This document shows positions 13,116-22,443 of a DNA stretch of 41,726 bases, one piece after another. The position numbers and the translations under genes were made by a program. Numbering within the stretch: the first letter of the stretch is position 1; each line of letters opens with the position of its first letter. The DNA is from a virus: IMG/VR virus record IMGVR_UViG_3300045988_034074, one strand, 5' to 3'. The notes below the pieces were generated by a model. The model searched no databases, was not told the DNA's origin, and saw nothing but the letters and a program-made list of their open reading frames with translations.

Positions 13116-14999
13116 ATGAAAGTTGATTGGGAAGATCGTGAAGTATCTATGGGTATCTTCAAAGCAAAGTATGCGAAGAACGCCGAAGAGACTCCAGAAG
13201 AATTTTGTGAAAGAGTAGCGTCTATCGTAAGACCAGAACTTCACGACTTTGTTAAAGAGAGTCTGGAAGCAGGAAGATTCTGTTTCGGAGGACGAACTCT
13301 CTACATGGCAGGAAGACCAGAAGTTAAGGCTTCTTCTTCTAACTGCTACATTATGCCGATGCCAGAAGATGACATTGAGTCTATCTATAAGTCCAATGCA
13401 CAGATGGCTCGTATTTTCTCCAGAGGTGGTGGAGCTGGTGTAAACATCTCCAACCTTAGACCAAAGGGAGCTAAAGTCCGTAATGCAGCCGAAACCTCTA
13501 CTGGTGCAATTTCCTTCTTGGAACTGTACAACACCACTGGTAACATCATTGGGGCGAGAGGGCGTAGAGCAGCAGAAATGGTCGTTCTGAATTGCGACCA
13601 TCCTGATGTTGAAGCTCTTCTGGATATGAAAGCATCTGGCGAAAAGTTGGCATCTATGAATATCTCGGTACTTTTCACTGATGAATTTATGGAAGCCGTT
13701 CTGAATAATAAGAAGTTCAGACTCCACTTTGAGTGTAAAGACACAGGTGAGAACATTGAGAAATGGATTGATGCTAGAAAGTTCTTCACACATTTTTGTG
13801 AGGTTGCTTGGGATATGGGAGATCCTGGGGTTCTGTTTAATGAGCGTATTCAGCAGCATAACTTTAATCCTAACCGTCCTAGCTATCATATTTCCACTTC
13901 CAATCCATGCAGTGAATTTCTTGGTGCTGACTACAGCTCGTGCAATCTCGGTTCTATCAATGTCTATAGCTTTGTTAGAAATAAGTTCCGCACTGATGCA
14001 TTCTTCGACTACAAAGCATTCTGCGAAACTGTAGTCAAAGCTGTAATGGCACTGAACGATGTTCTCTCTTATGGTTACGATAAGCAGCCACTCCCAGAAA
14101 ACAAGAAGTGCATTGATGACTGGAGACAGATTGGTCTGGGTCTGTTTGGTCTTGCAGATGCATTTGTAGCTCTCCGTATCAAATATGGTTCTGAAGAGTC
14201 TATTAAATTCGTAGACACCCTTCTGAAGACCATGCATGATATGGCAGTGAGAGCTTCTGTTGGTGAAGCTATCAGATTTGGGTCTTACGGTAAGTTCTTC
14301 AAAGGTATCCTTCCGACTGTTGATAAAGACCTGATGACCACTGAGGAACTGGATAGTGTAATGAAACATGGGATGGCTAATGCTTCTCTTCTGTCTATTG
14401 CACCTACAGGTACAATGAGTCTCTTCATGGGGAACTTTACAGGTGGCTGTGAACCTATCTTTAAGCTCTTCTATGATCGCTCTACACATAAGATGGAGAA
14501 GACTGGAGACAGCTTCCGTGTCTATGCAAGATCTATTGAAGACCTTCTGAACTACAATGGTCTTTCTTTGGATATGAGTGTAGAGGAAATCAAAGAGATG
14601 TTCCCATGGGTCGTTGAAGCACATGACATTCCGTGGGCAAGCCGCGTTATTCTCCAGTCCACTATGCAGAAGTATGTTGACAATGCTATTAGCTCTACTG
14701 TCAACCTTCCGCATGATGCAACTGTTGATGATGTATTTAATATCTATGTTGCAGCTTGGAGAAGTGGATGTAAAGGTATTACGGTATTCCGTGATGGATG
14801 CCGTAGAGGTAATATCCTTGGGGTTGAAGAGAAGAAAGAAAAGGTTGAACCAAAGAAAGCAGAGCCAGCACCAAAGAAGCCAACTTGCAGCGGAGATGCT
14901 GATTATAGAGAATGCCCAGAGTGTCATGAAAAACTCTTTAAGGTTGAAGGGCATTGTGGTTATTGCGTTGGTTGCGGTTATAGTGCTTGTGGCATGTAA
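13116..14999 (+). CDS. nrdJ: Class II (adenosylcobalamin-dependent) ribonucleotide reductase (627 aa)
   Basis: Active-site SNPCSEF, TVNLP and GCKGITVFRDGCR, plus a C-terminal Cys-rich zinc-ribbon tail CPECHEKLFKVEGHCGYCVGCGYSACG. Confidence 0.88.
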   Translation: MKVDWEDREVSMGIFKAKYAKNAEETPEEFCERVASIVRPELHDFVKESLEAGRFCFGGRTLYMAGRPEVKASSSNCYIMPMPEDDIESIYKSNAQMARIFSRGGGAGVNISNLRPKGAKVRNAAETSTGAISFLELYNTTGNIIGARGRRAAEMVVLNCDHPDVEALLDMKASGEKLASMNISVLFTDEFMEAVLNNKKFRLHFECKDTGENIEKWIDARKFFTHFCEVAWDMGDPGVLFNERIQQHNFNPNRPSYHISTSNPCSEFLGADYSSCNLGSINVYSFVRNKFRTDAFFDYKAFCETVVKAVMALNDVLSYGYDKQPLPENKKCIDDWRQIGLGLFGLADAFVALRIKYGSEESIKFVDTLLKTMHDMAVRASVGEAIRFGSYGKFFKGILPTVDKDLMTTEELDSVMKHGMANASLLSIAPTGTMSLFMGNFTGGCEPIFKLFYDRSTHKMEKTGDSFRVYARSIEDLLNYNGLSLDMSVEEIKEMFPWVVEAHDIPWASRVILQSTMQKYVDNAISSTVNLPHDATVDDVFNIYVAAWRSGCKGITVFRDGCRRGNILGVEEKKEKVEPKKAEPAPKKPTCSGDADYRECPECHEKLFKVEGHCGYCVGCGYSACGM

Positions 15000-15026
15000 G
15001 TAAAGCATATAAGGAGGAAATTAGAT

Positions 15027-16898
15027 ATGCTTATCTTTGATATTGAAACTGATGGTCTGTTAGACACGATGACTAAGATTCACTGCCTAAGCATATCTGA
15101 TGGACACCATAATGTTACTGGCTATAGACCTGAAGAGGTTGAAGCTGGTGTTAAGAGATTGTGGGAAGCTGTGAATAACGGAGAAGGAATTTGTGGACAC
15201 AATATCATTAACTTCGATATTCCAGCTATCCATAAGATCTATCCATGGTTTGAGATTCCGAGAGACAAGAGAAAGTTTGTTGTAGACACATTAGTTCTGG
15301 CAAGGCTGGTCTTTTCCAACATCTCTGAGTCGGACTATGGTGCTTTTAGACGCAAGGAGTTGCCCGGCGCTTTAATTGGGTCGCACACCTTAAAGGCTTA
15401 TGGGTATCGCCTTGGTGTCTATAAAGGCACATATGCGGAAGACACAGAAGATGCATGGGCAATGTTTAACGAAGATATGCTGAAATACAATAAGCAGGAT
15501 GTTGTCGTTACTGAAGCCCTTTATGAGAAAGAGCTGGCTAAACATTATCCAGAAGCTGCTATTGACCTTGAACATAAGGCTCAGTGGTTAATGACAAAGC
15601 AGGAGCAAAATGGTTTCCCATTTGACATTAAGGGAGCAAAGGAGCTTGAAAAGACCCTTAGAGACAGAGCAGCTATTGTGTCTTCCAAAATCAAAGACCT
15701 TGCTCCACCTATTCCAGATAAGGTCTTTATCCCTAAGAGAGACAATAAGAGACTTGGTTACAAGGCTGGTGTCCCTGTTCAGAGATACAAAGAATTTAAT
15801 CCGGGGTCTAGGCAGCAGATCGAATGGGTAATTAGAACGCATTATGGATATAGTCCACAGAATGAAGAATTGTATGCGGAAGATGGGAGGTTAAAGATAG
15901 ATGAAACAACTTTTCACTTTATGGCAAAAGACGAAGAAGCTCCTGAAGCAATTCGTACTTTGACTCCTTTGTTTGAAGAACAGTTGATGCTTACGAAGCG
16001 TCTGGGTCAGCTTGCAGATGGGACACAGGCGTGGTTGAAGTGTGTGAAAGGAGATGGCAAGATTCATGGAAGAGTTAATCCTAACGGTACTGTTAGTGGG
16101 CGTGCTACTCATTCTCAGCCGAATGTTACTCAGGTTCCTCACAATGCTAGTCCCTACGGCAAGGAGTGTCGTAGTCTGTTCGGAGTGCCTAAAGGATGGG
16201 TACAGGCGGGCATTGATGCTTGTGGTCTGGAGCTTAGGTGTTTGTCTCATTTCCTATACCCTTATGACTCTGGTGCGTATGCTGATGAAGTAGTCCATGG
16301 TGACATTCATACAGCAAATCAGAAAGCAGCTGGTCTTCCTACACGAGACGGAGCAAAGACCTTTATCTATGCTTTCTTGTATGGTGCAGGAGATGCAAAG
16401 ATTGGTAAGATCGTAGGTGGTGACGCAACTGATGGGAAACGACTCAAAAAGAAATTTCTTGCTGGGACTCCTGCTATTTCTTCTTTACGAAGGGATATTA
16501 AGAATTGTCTTATAGCTGAAGAGTACCATGGGAAGATCATTAAGTGGCGTAGAAAGTACCTAAAGGGTCTTGATGGTAGACACTTGCACGTTAGGTCTAT
16601 CCATTCAGCCCTTAACCTTCTCTTGCAGTCGGCTGGTGCTTTGGTTTGTAAGTATTGGATAGTAAGAACGGAAGAGAGGTTGTTAGCTCGTGGACTTACG
16701 CATGGTTGGAATGGTGATTTTGCTCTTATGGCTTGGGTGCATGACGAGCAGCAGATCGCATGCAGAACACCTGAGATTGCAGATATTGTTATTGCAGAAG
16801 CACAGGCTGCTATGAGAGACACACAAGCTCATTTTCATTTCAGAGTACAGTTGGATACCGATGGCATGAAAGGAGGAAATTGGTATGACTGTCACTAA
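15027..16898 (+). CDS. Family A DNA polymerase, T7 gp5-like (623 aa)
   Basis: Exo motifs FDIETDGL, HNIINFDIP and YNKQDV. Pol motifs A DACGLELRCL, B RDGAKTFIYAFLYGAG and C VHDEQQ. Confidence 0.95.
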   Translation: MLIFDIETDGLLDTMTKIHCLSISDGHHNVTGYRPEEVEAGVKRLWEAVNNGEGICGHNIINFDIPAIHKIYPWFEIPRDKRKFVVDTLVLARLVFSNISESDYGAFRRKELPGALIGSHTLKAYGYRLGVYKGTYAEDTEDAWAMFNEDMLKYNKQDVVVTEALYEKELAKHYPEAAIDLEHKAQWLMTKQEQNGFPFDIKGAKELEKTLRDRAAIVSSKIKDLAPPIPDKVFIPKRDNKRLGYKAGVPVQRYKEFNPGSRQQIEWVIRTHYGYSPQNEELYAEDGRLKIDETTFHFMAKDEEAPEAIRTLTPLFEEQLMLTKRLGQLADGTQAWLKCVKGDGKIHGRVNPNGTVSGRATHSQPNVTQVPHNASPYGKECRSLFGVPKGWVQAGIDACGLELRCLSHFLYPYDSGAYADEVVHGDIHTANQKAAGLPTRDGAKTFIYAFLYGAGDAKIGKIVGGDATDGKRLKKKFLAGTPAISSLRRDIKNCLIAEEYHGKIIKWRRKYLKGLDGRHLHVRSIHSALNLLLQSAGALVCKYWIVRTEERLLARGLTHGWNGDFALMAWVHDEQQIACRTPEIADIVIAEAQAAMRDTQAHFHFRVQLDTDGMKGGNWYDCH

Positions 16899-17121
16899 TA
16901 CGAAAGGAGTATTCTATTTGAATAAATATCTTGAGACACTTTGTAAAATGATGTTTAAGCAATACAGACTTCAGAGTGACTTTGCTAGAGAAAATGCATT
17001 CATTATTGCAGAAGCAGCTTCTCGTGGTCATATCACTTCTGTACTTTCTGGCACTGCTACGAACTCTTGGTACGTTACGTCAAAGGGATATAATCTCTTG
17101 AAGAAGGAAGGGTATGTATAA
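16885..17121 (+). CDS. Hypothetical protein (78 aa)
   Basis: RBS AGGAGG. It overlaps the DNAP stop and has a TAATG junction with the next gene. Confidence 0.55.
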   Translation: MTVTNTKGVFYLNKYLETLCKMMFKQYRLQSDFARENAFIIAEAASRGHITSVLSGTATNSWYVTSKGYNLLKKEGYV

Positions 17122-17870
17122 TGCTATATATTCTTCTGGATGCTGATATGCTTTGCTTTGTGTCTTGCTCTTCAGTGGAGCGAGAGATAAATTGGGGTGA
17201 TGGTCTTTGGACTCTTCACGCCGATGCACATGAAGCTGAAGCACAGATTGATGATAGGGTCGAAGGAATTGTCACAACGATCTTGGACAAGCTGAACTAC
17301 GAAGGTGAGTACAGGATCATTATGTGCATTTCAGACCCAGTAGCCAATTTCAGAAAAAAGATCTTGTCTACCTATAAGGCTAACAGAATTGGTAAGAGAA
17401 AACCTGTTTGCTATCGGGAAGTCCTTGATTGGATTAAAGCACATTACACTACAAGGATGATCCCGACCCTTGAAGCAGATGACGTAGTAGGGATCCTTGC
17501 TACTCACTTCAAAGGACAGGAAGTGCATAGTTCTGGTGATAAAGACTTTAGGTCTATCCCCGGTATCTTTTACAACTTCCTTAAAGGAGAGCTGTATCAC
17601 ATCTCTGAGAGAGAAGCAGACAAATGGTTCTACACACAGGCACTCATTGGAGACAAAGCAGATAACTATGATGGTTGTCCGGGGATTGGTGAAAAGACAG
17701 CAGAAAAGATTTTTAAGAAGGAGGGAGTCTCATGGGGGACAGTAAAGAAAACTTTTCTAAGAAAAGGTCTAACAGAGGAAGACGCATTGCAGCAAGCAAG
17801 GGTCGCTCGCATTCTAAGAGACACAGAGTGGAAGGATGGGAAGCCGATTCTCTGGTCTCCATCGAAGTAG
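17121..17870 (+). CDS. 5'-3' exonuclease, T7 gp6/FEN-like (249 aa)
   Basis: LLDADML, YKANR, EADDVVG, SGDKDF and the H3TH segment LIGDKADNYDGCPGIGEKTAEK. Confidence 0.9.
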   Translation: MLYILLDADMLCFVSCSSVEREINWGDGLWTLHADAHEAEAQIDDRVEGIVTTILDKLNYEGEYRIIMCISDPVANFRKKILSTYKANRIGKRKPVCYREVLDWIKAHYTTRMIPTLEADDVVGILATHFKGQEVHSSGDKDFRSIPGIFYNFLKGELYHISEREADKWFYTQALIGDKADNYDGCPGIGEKTAEKIFKKEGVSWGTVKKTFLRKGLTEEDALQQARVARILRDTEWKDGKPILWSPSK

Positions 17871-18319
17871 ACCCTAACGATAATAAGACCCTTGACTATA
17901 TTGCATCAAAGGTCTATCACGAAATTCGGGAGCTGAGATCTAAACCCGGTAAGACCTTTGCTGACTTTGGGTCTATCTACTATAGTCTTTACTGGCTCGC
18001 AGAAGCAAAGCACCTTATTCTATTTAGGGATACTAAAGGACACAATGTGGGTGTGTTAGCTTTTGATATTGTTACACCATGGTACACACGCTACACCTGT
18101 TTTAGTGAACTCTTTGTACTTTGCTTAGACCCAGCTTTTCATGGCTTTGGTCGCATAGCTCTTAGGTACATGAAGAAGAGAGCTAAGGGGCTTGGTTGTG
18201 CTTTAATGGAGACAGGAGCGTCCATGACCGATGACCCTAAGATGATTGAAAATCTCTATAAGAGACACGGTAAATGTACGTTTATGTATCCATGTTTTGC
18301 TTGGGTCTTTCCTAATTGA
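17732..18319 (+). CDS. GNAT-like acetyltransferase (195 aa from the ATG at 17732)
   Basis: The C-terminal half carries a GNAT motif A-like segment, LCLDPAFHGFGRIALRYMKKRAKGLGC. A strong RBS (AAGGAGGG) lies 7 nt before the ATG at 17732, inside the exonuclease gene. The first roughly 45 residues are very basic. Confidence 0.5.
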   Translation: MGDSKENFSKKRSNRGRRIAASKGRSHSKRHRVEGWEADSLVSIEVDPNDNKTLDYIASKVYHEIRELRSKPGKTFADFGSIYYSLYWLAEAKHLILFRDTKGHNVGVLAFDIVTPWYTRYTCFSELFVLCLDPAFHGFGRIALRYMKKRAKGLGCALMETGASMTDDPKMIENLYKRHGKCTFMYPCFAWVFPN

Positions 18320-18337
18320 GACAGCCTCTATAGTGGC

Positions 18338-18360
18338 TAATTGAGTCAAGAAACAGAGGA
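18338..18360 (+). promoter_or_regulatory. Phage RNAP promoter P4 (TAATTGAGTCAAGAAACAGAGGA), head of the structural block
   Basis: One mismatch to the consensus. The position corresponds to T7 phi6.5. Confidence 0.65.
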
Positions 18361-18370
18361 GGTATACATT

Positions 18371-18559
18371 GTGGATGAAATTAAGATTCCATATGTTCAT
18401 GAAGATATTGTAACGTATCTTGATGCCCTGTTTGATTTTGATTTGCTCTTAAATTCTCTTAAAGATGAATCCGCAGAGTACAAAATTGGATACATTAAGG
18501 GGGCAAGAGATATTATCAATCATTTACGTTCAGTGGCAAAGGAGCAGAATGAGAGGTGA
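18371..18559 (+). CDS. Hypothetical protein (62 aa from the GTG at 18371)
   Basis: The track start (TTG at 18341) lies inside promoter P4. The GTG at 18371 has RBS GAGGAGG 8 nt upstream. Confidence 0.5.
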   Translation: MDEIKIPYVHEDIVTYLDALFDFDLLLNSLKDESAEYKIGYIKGARDIINHLRSVAKEQNER

Positions 18560-18563
18560 TAGG

Positions 18564-18782
18564 GTGTGTTTATGGAAGACACCTAAGATTCCTACACCGT
18601 CTGTCACTGCTAGAGAGCTAATCCCTTCTACGGAAGCTGCTGATCCAAATTCTCCTATCTATGGTGGGACGGATACATGGAAGCAGAAACGGAGAGGTTC
18701 TCAGGCATTACAGATCAGGCGTGGAACAGACAACATGAATAACAGAGTTAGTGTAAACGACACAGGAGGTTGGAGTATTTAA
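18564..18782 (+). CDS. T7 gp6.7-like small virion protein (72 aa from the GTG at 18564)
   Basis: M-CLWKTPKIPTPS resembles the T7 gp6.7 N-terminus MCFSPKIKTPKM. The GTG follows the upstream stop. The in-frame ATG at 18549 is an alternative start. Confidence 0.55.
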   Translation: MCLWKTPKIPTPSVTARELIPSTEAADPNSPIYGGTDTWKQKRRGSQALQIRRGTDNMNNRVSVNDTGGWSI

Positions 18783-18784
18783 TT

Positions 18785-19057
18785 ATGGGCGGTATTGGAC
18801 ACGCTATTGGTAAAGTTATCTCAGCACCATTTCGAGCTGTAGGTAAACTTTTTGGAGCTAGAACTTCTACGGCATCTGTCACTCAGTCGGCAGGGGCAGC
18901 AGCATCTCCAGCAGCAGACGCACAGAATAATGACACCAATGTAGACACAGATGCTACTAAGCGTAAAAAGAAAGCAGTTGGTAAAAAGAGTCTGATGATT
19001 GATAATGGTTCTGATTCGGCTGGTGGTGGGACTACAGGAACAGGTCTTAACCTGTAA
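18785..19057 (+). CDS. T7 gp7.3-like tail/host-range protein (90 aa)
   Basis: The C-terminus KRKKKAVGKKSLMIDNGSDSAGGGTTGTGLNL resembles T7 gp7.3 RKKARAGGKKSLSVARSSGGGINI. Confidence 0.6.
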   Translation: MGGIGHAIGKVISAPFRAVGKLFGARTSTASVTQSAGAAASPAADAQNNDTNVDTDATKRKKKAVGKKSLMIDNGSDSAGGGTTGTGLNL

Positions 19058-19067
19058 GTGGTGACAC

Positions 19068-20618
19068 ATGGCTAAAAAAGGAACGACTTTTAATCATGAA
19101 GAGACAGCAAAGTCTATTTATGAGAGGTTGTCTTCTGATCGTTCTCCGTATATAACGAGAGCAGAAGATTGTGCTACCTACACAATTCCTTCACTCTTTC
19201 CTAAAGAGGGGTCTAATGGATCTTCTAACTTTGATACACCATATCAGAGTATTGGAGCTAGAGGTGTAAATAATCTAGGGTCTAAACTTATGTTGGCTCT
19301 GTTTCCACCAAACGACACCTTCTTTAGACTTACACCGGGAGAAGACGCAGAAGCAGACCTCGCAAATCAGCCTGAAATGCGTGAACAGGTTGAACAGGCT
19401 TTGGCTAATCTCGAACAGAAAGTAATTCAGTATGCGGAGACACATCAATACCGAGTGACCCTTGCGGAAGCTATTAAGGTATTGGTTGTGACTGGCAACT
19501 GTCTGCTTTTCTTGCCACCAAAGGAAGGTGGTATGAAGCTCTACAAACTGAACTCTTACGTTCTCCAGAGAGATGCTTTAGGTAACGTAGTACAGCTTGT
19601 TGCTATGGATAAAATTGCCTTTGCAGCTCTTCCAGATGACGTAAAGGCTATGGTCACTAGAGGTGGTGAAGAAAAGAAGCCAGAAGATATTATTACTGTC
19701 TATACCCATGTCTATCTTGAAAATGATGTATTCTACTCTTATCAGGAAGTAGATGGGGAAGTAGTAAAAGGGTCTGAACAGCAGTACCCGAAGGAAAAGA
19801 CCCCATGGATCCCTTTGCGTATGGTAAAGATGGATGGGGAGTCTTATGGCAGATCTTTTGTAGAGGAGTATCTGGGGGATCTTAGATCTCTTGAAGCTCT
19901 CTCTAAGGCTATCGTAGAAATGTCCGCTATCTGTGCTAATGTTCTGTACTTGGTCAACCCGAACGGTATCACAAGACCCTTTAAGCTCGCTAAAGCTAAA
20001 TCGGGTAGCTTTGTACCGGGAAGACCCGATGACGTACAGGCACTTCAGCTTAACAAAGGGGCAGATCTTCAGGTGGCAGCTTCTACTGTGACCATGCTCT
20101 CTGACCGCTTGTCTTTTGCATTTATGCTTAACTCAGCTGTACAGAGGAATGGTGAACGTGTAACTGCCGAAGAAATCAGGTACGTTGCATCGGAGTTGGA
20201 AGACACATTAGGTGGTGTTTATTCTATTCTGTCTCAGGAACTTCAGCTGCCTCTCGTAAGGAGACTTTTGGTACAGCTTGAAGGAACTGGTCAGATGCCA
20301 GATCTTGATGATCTTGTAGAGCCAACTATTACTACTGGTCTTGCTGCTATTGGCAGAGGGCATGATTTCAATAAGATGATGACATTCAGTCAGATTGTTA
20401 GCCAGAATCCAGAAATGGCTCAGGTCATCAACTGGCCTGTTATGGCTGAACGCATGGCAAATGGTCTTTCTATCAATACTGAAAATTTGATTAAGACCCC
20501 AGAGCAGATTCAGCAGGAACAGCAGCAGAGTCAGATGGCAGCAATGGCTGAAAGAGCAGCTCCACAAATGGCTGCTGGTATGATGCAACAAGCAAATGGT
20601 AATGAAGGAGGAACATAA
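19068..20618 (+). CDS. Portal (head-tail connector) protein, T7 gp8-like (516 aa)
   Basis: Size and position match. The N-terminal YITRAEDCATYTIPSLFP resembles the gp8 N-terminus, and the tail is Q/M-rich. Confidence 0.88.
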   Translation: MAKKGTTFNHEETAKSIYERLSSDRSPYITRAEDCATYTIPSLFPKEGSNGSSNFDTPYQSIGARGVNNLGSKLMLALFPPNDTFFRLTPGEDAEADLANQPEMREQVEQALANLEQKVIQYAETHQYRVTLAEAIKVLVVTGNCLLFLPPKEGGMKLYKLNSYVLQRDALGNVVQLVAMDKIAFAALPDDVKAMVTRGGEEKKPEDIITVYTHVYLENDVFYSYQEVDGEVVKGSEQQYPKEKTPWIPLRMVKMDGESYGRSFVEEYLGDLRSLEALSKAIVEMSAICANVLYLVNPNGITRPFKLAKAKSGSFVPGRPDDVQALQLNKGADLQVAASTVTMLSDRLSFAFMLNSAVQRNGERVTAEEIRYVASELEDTLGGVYSILSQELQLPLVRRLLVQLEGTGQMPDLDDLVEPTITTGLAAIGRGHDFNKMMTFSQIVSQNPEMAQVINWPVMAERMANGLSINTENLIKTPEQIQQEQQQSQMAAMAERAAPQMAAGMMQQANGNEGGT

Positions 20619-21400
20619 TGGAAGGTGAAGAACAGGTCGTAAATCCAACGCCAGAAGTTGACGCGGGTACTGTAGTTGATGCAGGGAAGACTGCTGAAAA
20701 GGCAGCTATTGACACTCTTGAAGAACACAAAGGTGTTGAAATTTCCGACAATGGTGAAAAAGTAGACACTAAAGAAAAAGAGGCTAAAGAAGCTGAAGAA
20801 AAGAAGCAGGAAGAGAAGACCCCAGAAGCTGAGATCAAAGAAGTCGAAGATGGGGTCAAAGAACAGCAGAAGGCAGAAGATGAAGTTAAGTCTGATCTGA
20901 CTTCTAAAGGTGTCGATTATGATGCCCTTGTGAAGGAATATGAAGACAACGGAAAACTCTCTGATGAAAGCATGAAGGCTCTTAAAGGAGCTGGCTATCC
21001 TGAAGCTGTAGTCAATGCATTTATTAAAGGCTTTGAAGCACAGGTAAACGAATTTACCAATGCAGTTTATAAAATTGCTGGTGGTGAAGCAGAATATGGC
21101 AAGCTCTGCAATTTCATTAAGGGTCTTGGTGAAGCCGATGTACAGGCTTTCAATGAGACTATCAACTCTGGTAGTCTGACCCAGCTTGCTGCTCTCATTA
21201 ACGGCTACAAAGCACAGATGACAACTAAATATGGAACGTCTAATCGCTCTATTCTTGGTGGTGCCAATACGGTTGAAACGAAGGGCTTTAATAGCAAAGA
21301 TGCTATGGTCAAAGCCATGAATGACCCACGTTACGGTACAGATATGGCATACACCGAAAAGGTACAGCGTATGACAATGCAGTCCACATTCTTGGGCTAA
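20618..21400 (+). CDS. Scaffolding protein, gp9-like (260 aa)
   Basis: Highly acidic and E/K-rich, located between the portal and capsid genes, with an ATG overlapping the portal stop. Confidence 0.75.
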   Translation: MEGEEQVVNPTPEVDAGTVVDAGKTAEKAAIDTLEEHKGVEISDNGEKVDTKEKEAKEAEEKKQEEKTPEAEIKEVEDGVKEQQKAEDEVKSDLTSKGVDYDALVKEYEDNGKLSDESMKALKGAGYPEAVVNAFIKGFEAQVNEFTNAVYKIAGGEAEYGKLCNFIKGLGEADVQAFNETINSGSLTQLAALINGYKAQMTTKYGTSNRSILGGANTVETKGFNSKDAMVKAMNDPRYGTDMAYTEKVQRMTMQSTFLG

Positions 21401-21403
21401 TTC

Positions 21404-21423
21404 TTAAACAATGTTTTATTTTT
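21404..21423 (+). promoter_or_regulatory. Conserved 20-nt element TTAAACAATGTTTTATTTTT, copy 2
   Basis: 19/20 identical to 94-113. It lies between the scaffold stop and the capsid RBS. Confidence 0.5.
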
Positions 21424-21445
21424 ATTGAAAAGGAGTTGATTATTA

Positions 21446-22435
21446 GTGGCAGACGTTACTGTCGCACAGCCCGGTCAGATTCAGGGTACTACTGACGCTC
21501 TGGGTGCTTATCTGAAAGTCTTTGCTGGTGAAACTCTGGCAGCTTTCTCTCGTTCTTCCGTTACGATGGGAAGACACATTGTCCGTACTATTTCTTCTGG
21601 TAAATCTGCACAGTTCCCGGTATTCGGTCGTGCAGACGCAGCTTACCTGAAACCGGGTAAGTCTCTTGATGATATCCGTCAGAACATTCCGACTGGTGAA
21701 AAGATCATCGTTATTGATGGTCTTCTGACTACCTCTCAGATGATTCCGGATATTGATGAGGCTCTGTCTCATTTTGATGTTCGCTCTGAATACTCCAAAC
21801 AGATGGGTGAAGCACTTGCTCTGAAAATGGATGGTGCTGTACTTGCTGAAGCAGCAAAAATGGTTGTTGCCAACAAGGAAAATCTGACTGGTCTGGGTAA
21901 AGGTGAGATCATCACTAAGAAGCTCGCAGCAGCTGATATTGGTGTTACTGAAGCAGAAGGTAAGGCTCTGGTACAGGCTCTTCTGGAAATTAAGGCTAAA
22001 ATGTCTAACAACTACGTTCCAGAAACTGAACGCTATGTCTTTATGACCCCAGAAGCTCGTACTGCACTCATTGCATCTCTGGTCGCTATTAACCGTGATT
22101 ACGGTGGTGTAGCAACTATTACTGATGCTAACATCCTCCGTATTGCTGGCTTCGATATCATCGAATGTCCACACCTGACCATGGGTGGTGCAGAAGTCAA
22201 CGATGGTCTGCTTCAGGGTGATGGTCATGTCTTCCCGGCTACTTACAAAAACAAGTGTGCATTCATTGCAATGCATAAGTCCGCTGTAGGTACGGTTAAG
22301 CTCCGTGACCTGAAGCTCGAACGTGCAAGACGAGCAGAATATCAGGCTGATATGCTTGCAGCTTCTTATGCTGTAGGGCATGGCGGTCTGCGTCCAGAAG
22401 CAGCTTACATGGGTTGCATTGAAGCAACTCTGTAA
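21446..22435 (+). CDS. Major capsid protein, T7 gp10-like (329 aa)
   Basis: GTG start with RBS AAGGAG. LKVFAGETLAAFSRSSVTMGRHIVRTISSGKSAQFPVFGR aligns closely with T7 gp10A. Confidence 0.95.
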   Translation: MADVTVAQPGQIQGTTDALGAYLKVFAGETLAAFSRSSVTMGRHIVRTISSGKSAQFPVFGRADAAYLKPGKSLDDIRQNIPTGEKIIVIDGLLTTSQMIPDIDEALSHFDVRSEYSKQMGEALALKMDGAVLAEAAKMVVANKENLTGLGKGEIITKKLAAADIGVTEAEGKALVQALLEIKAKMSNNYVPETERYVFMTPEARTALIASLVAINRDYGGVATITDANILRIAGFDIIECPHLTMGGAEVNDGLLQGDGHVFPATYKNKCAFIAMHKSAVGTVKLRDLKLERARRAEYQADMLAASYAVGHGGLRPEAAYMGCIEATL

Positions 22436-22443
22436 CTTAAACC

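Noticed and set aside
13104-15008. 634-aa ORF on the minus strand, the longest minus-strand ORF in the window
   Set aside because: It is exactly phase-locked antisense to nrdJ, whose motifs are unambiguous. Its translation is low-complexity and Cys/Phe/Ser-rich, with no RBS context. It is a mirror ORF caused by the absence of TTA, CTA and TCA codons in the sense gene.
17121-18319. Programmed -1 frameshift fusing the exonuclease to the GNAT-like ORF
   Set aside because: The frames are compatible with a -1 shift. However, I saw no convincing slippery heptamer with a downstream structure, and a strong RBS plus ATG at 17732 explains independent initiation.
18313-18323. Partial promoter matches TAATTGAGACA (18313) and TAATTGAG (40514)
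   Set aside because: Only the upstream 8-11 nt match and the initiation half is absent. They are probably non-functional or remnants.
21443-22381. 312-aa minus-strand ORF over the capsid gene (and similarly 30706-32025 over gp16, 37775-38338 over the endolysin and 38292-38858 over the terminase start)
   Set aside because: The sampled ones (21443-22381 and 30706-32025) are antisense, in the same codon phase, to confidently identified + strand genes. T7-like genomes are transcribed from one strand only, and none of the four has a recognisable domain.
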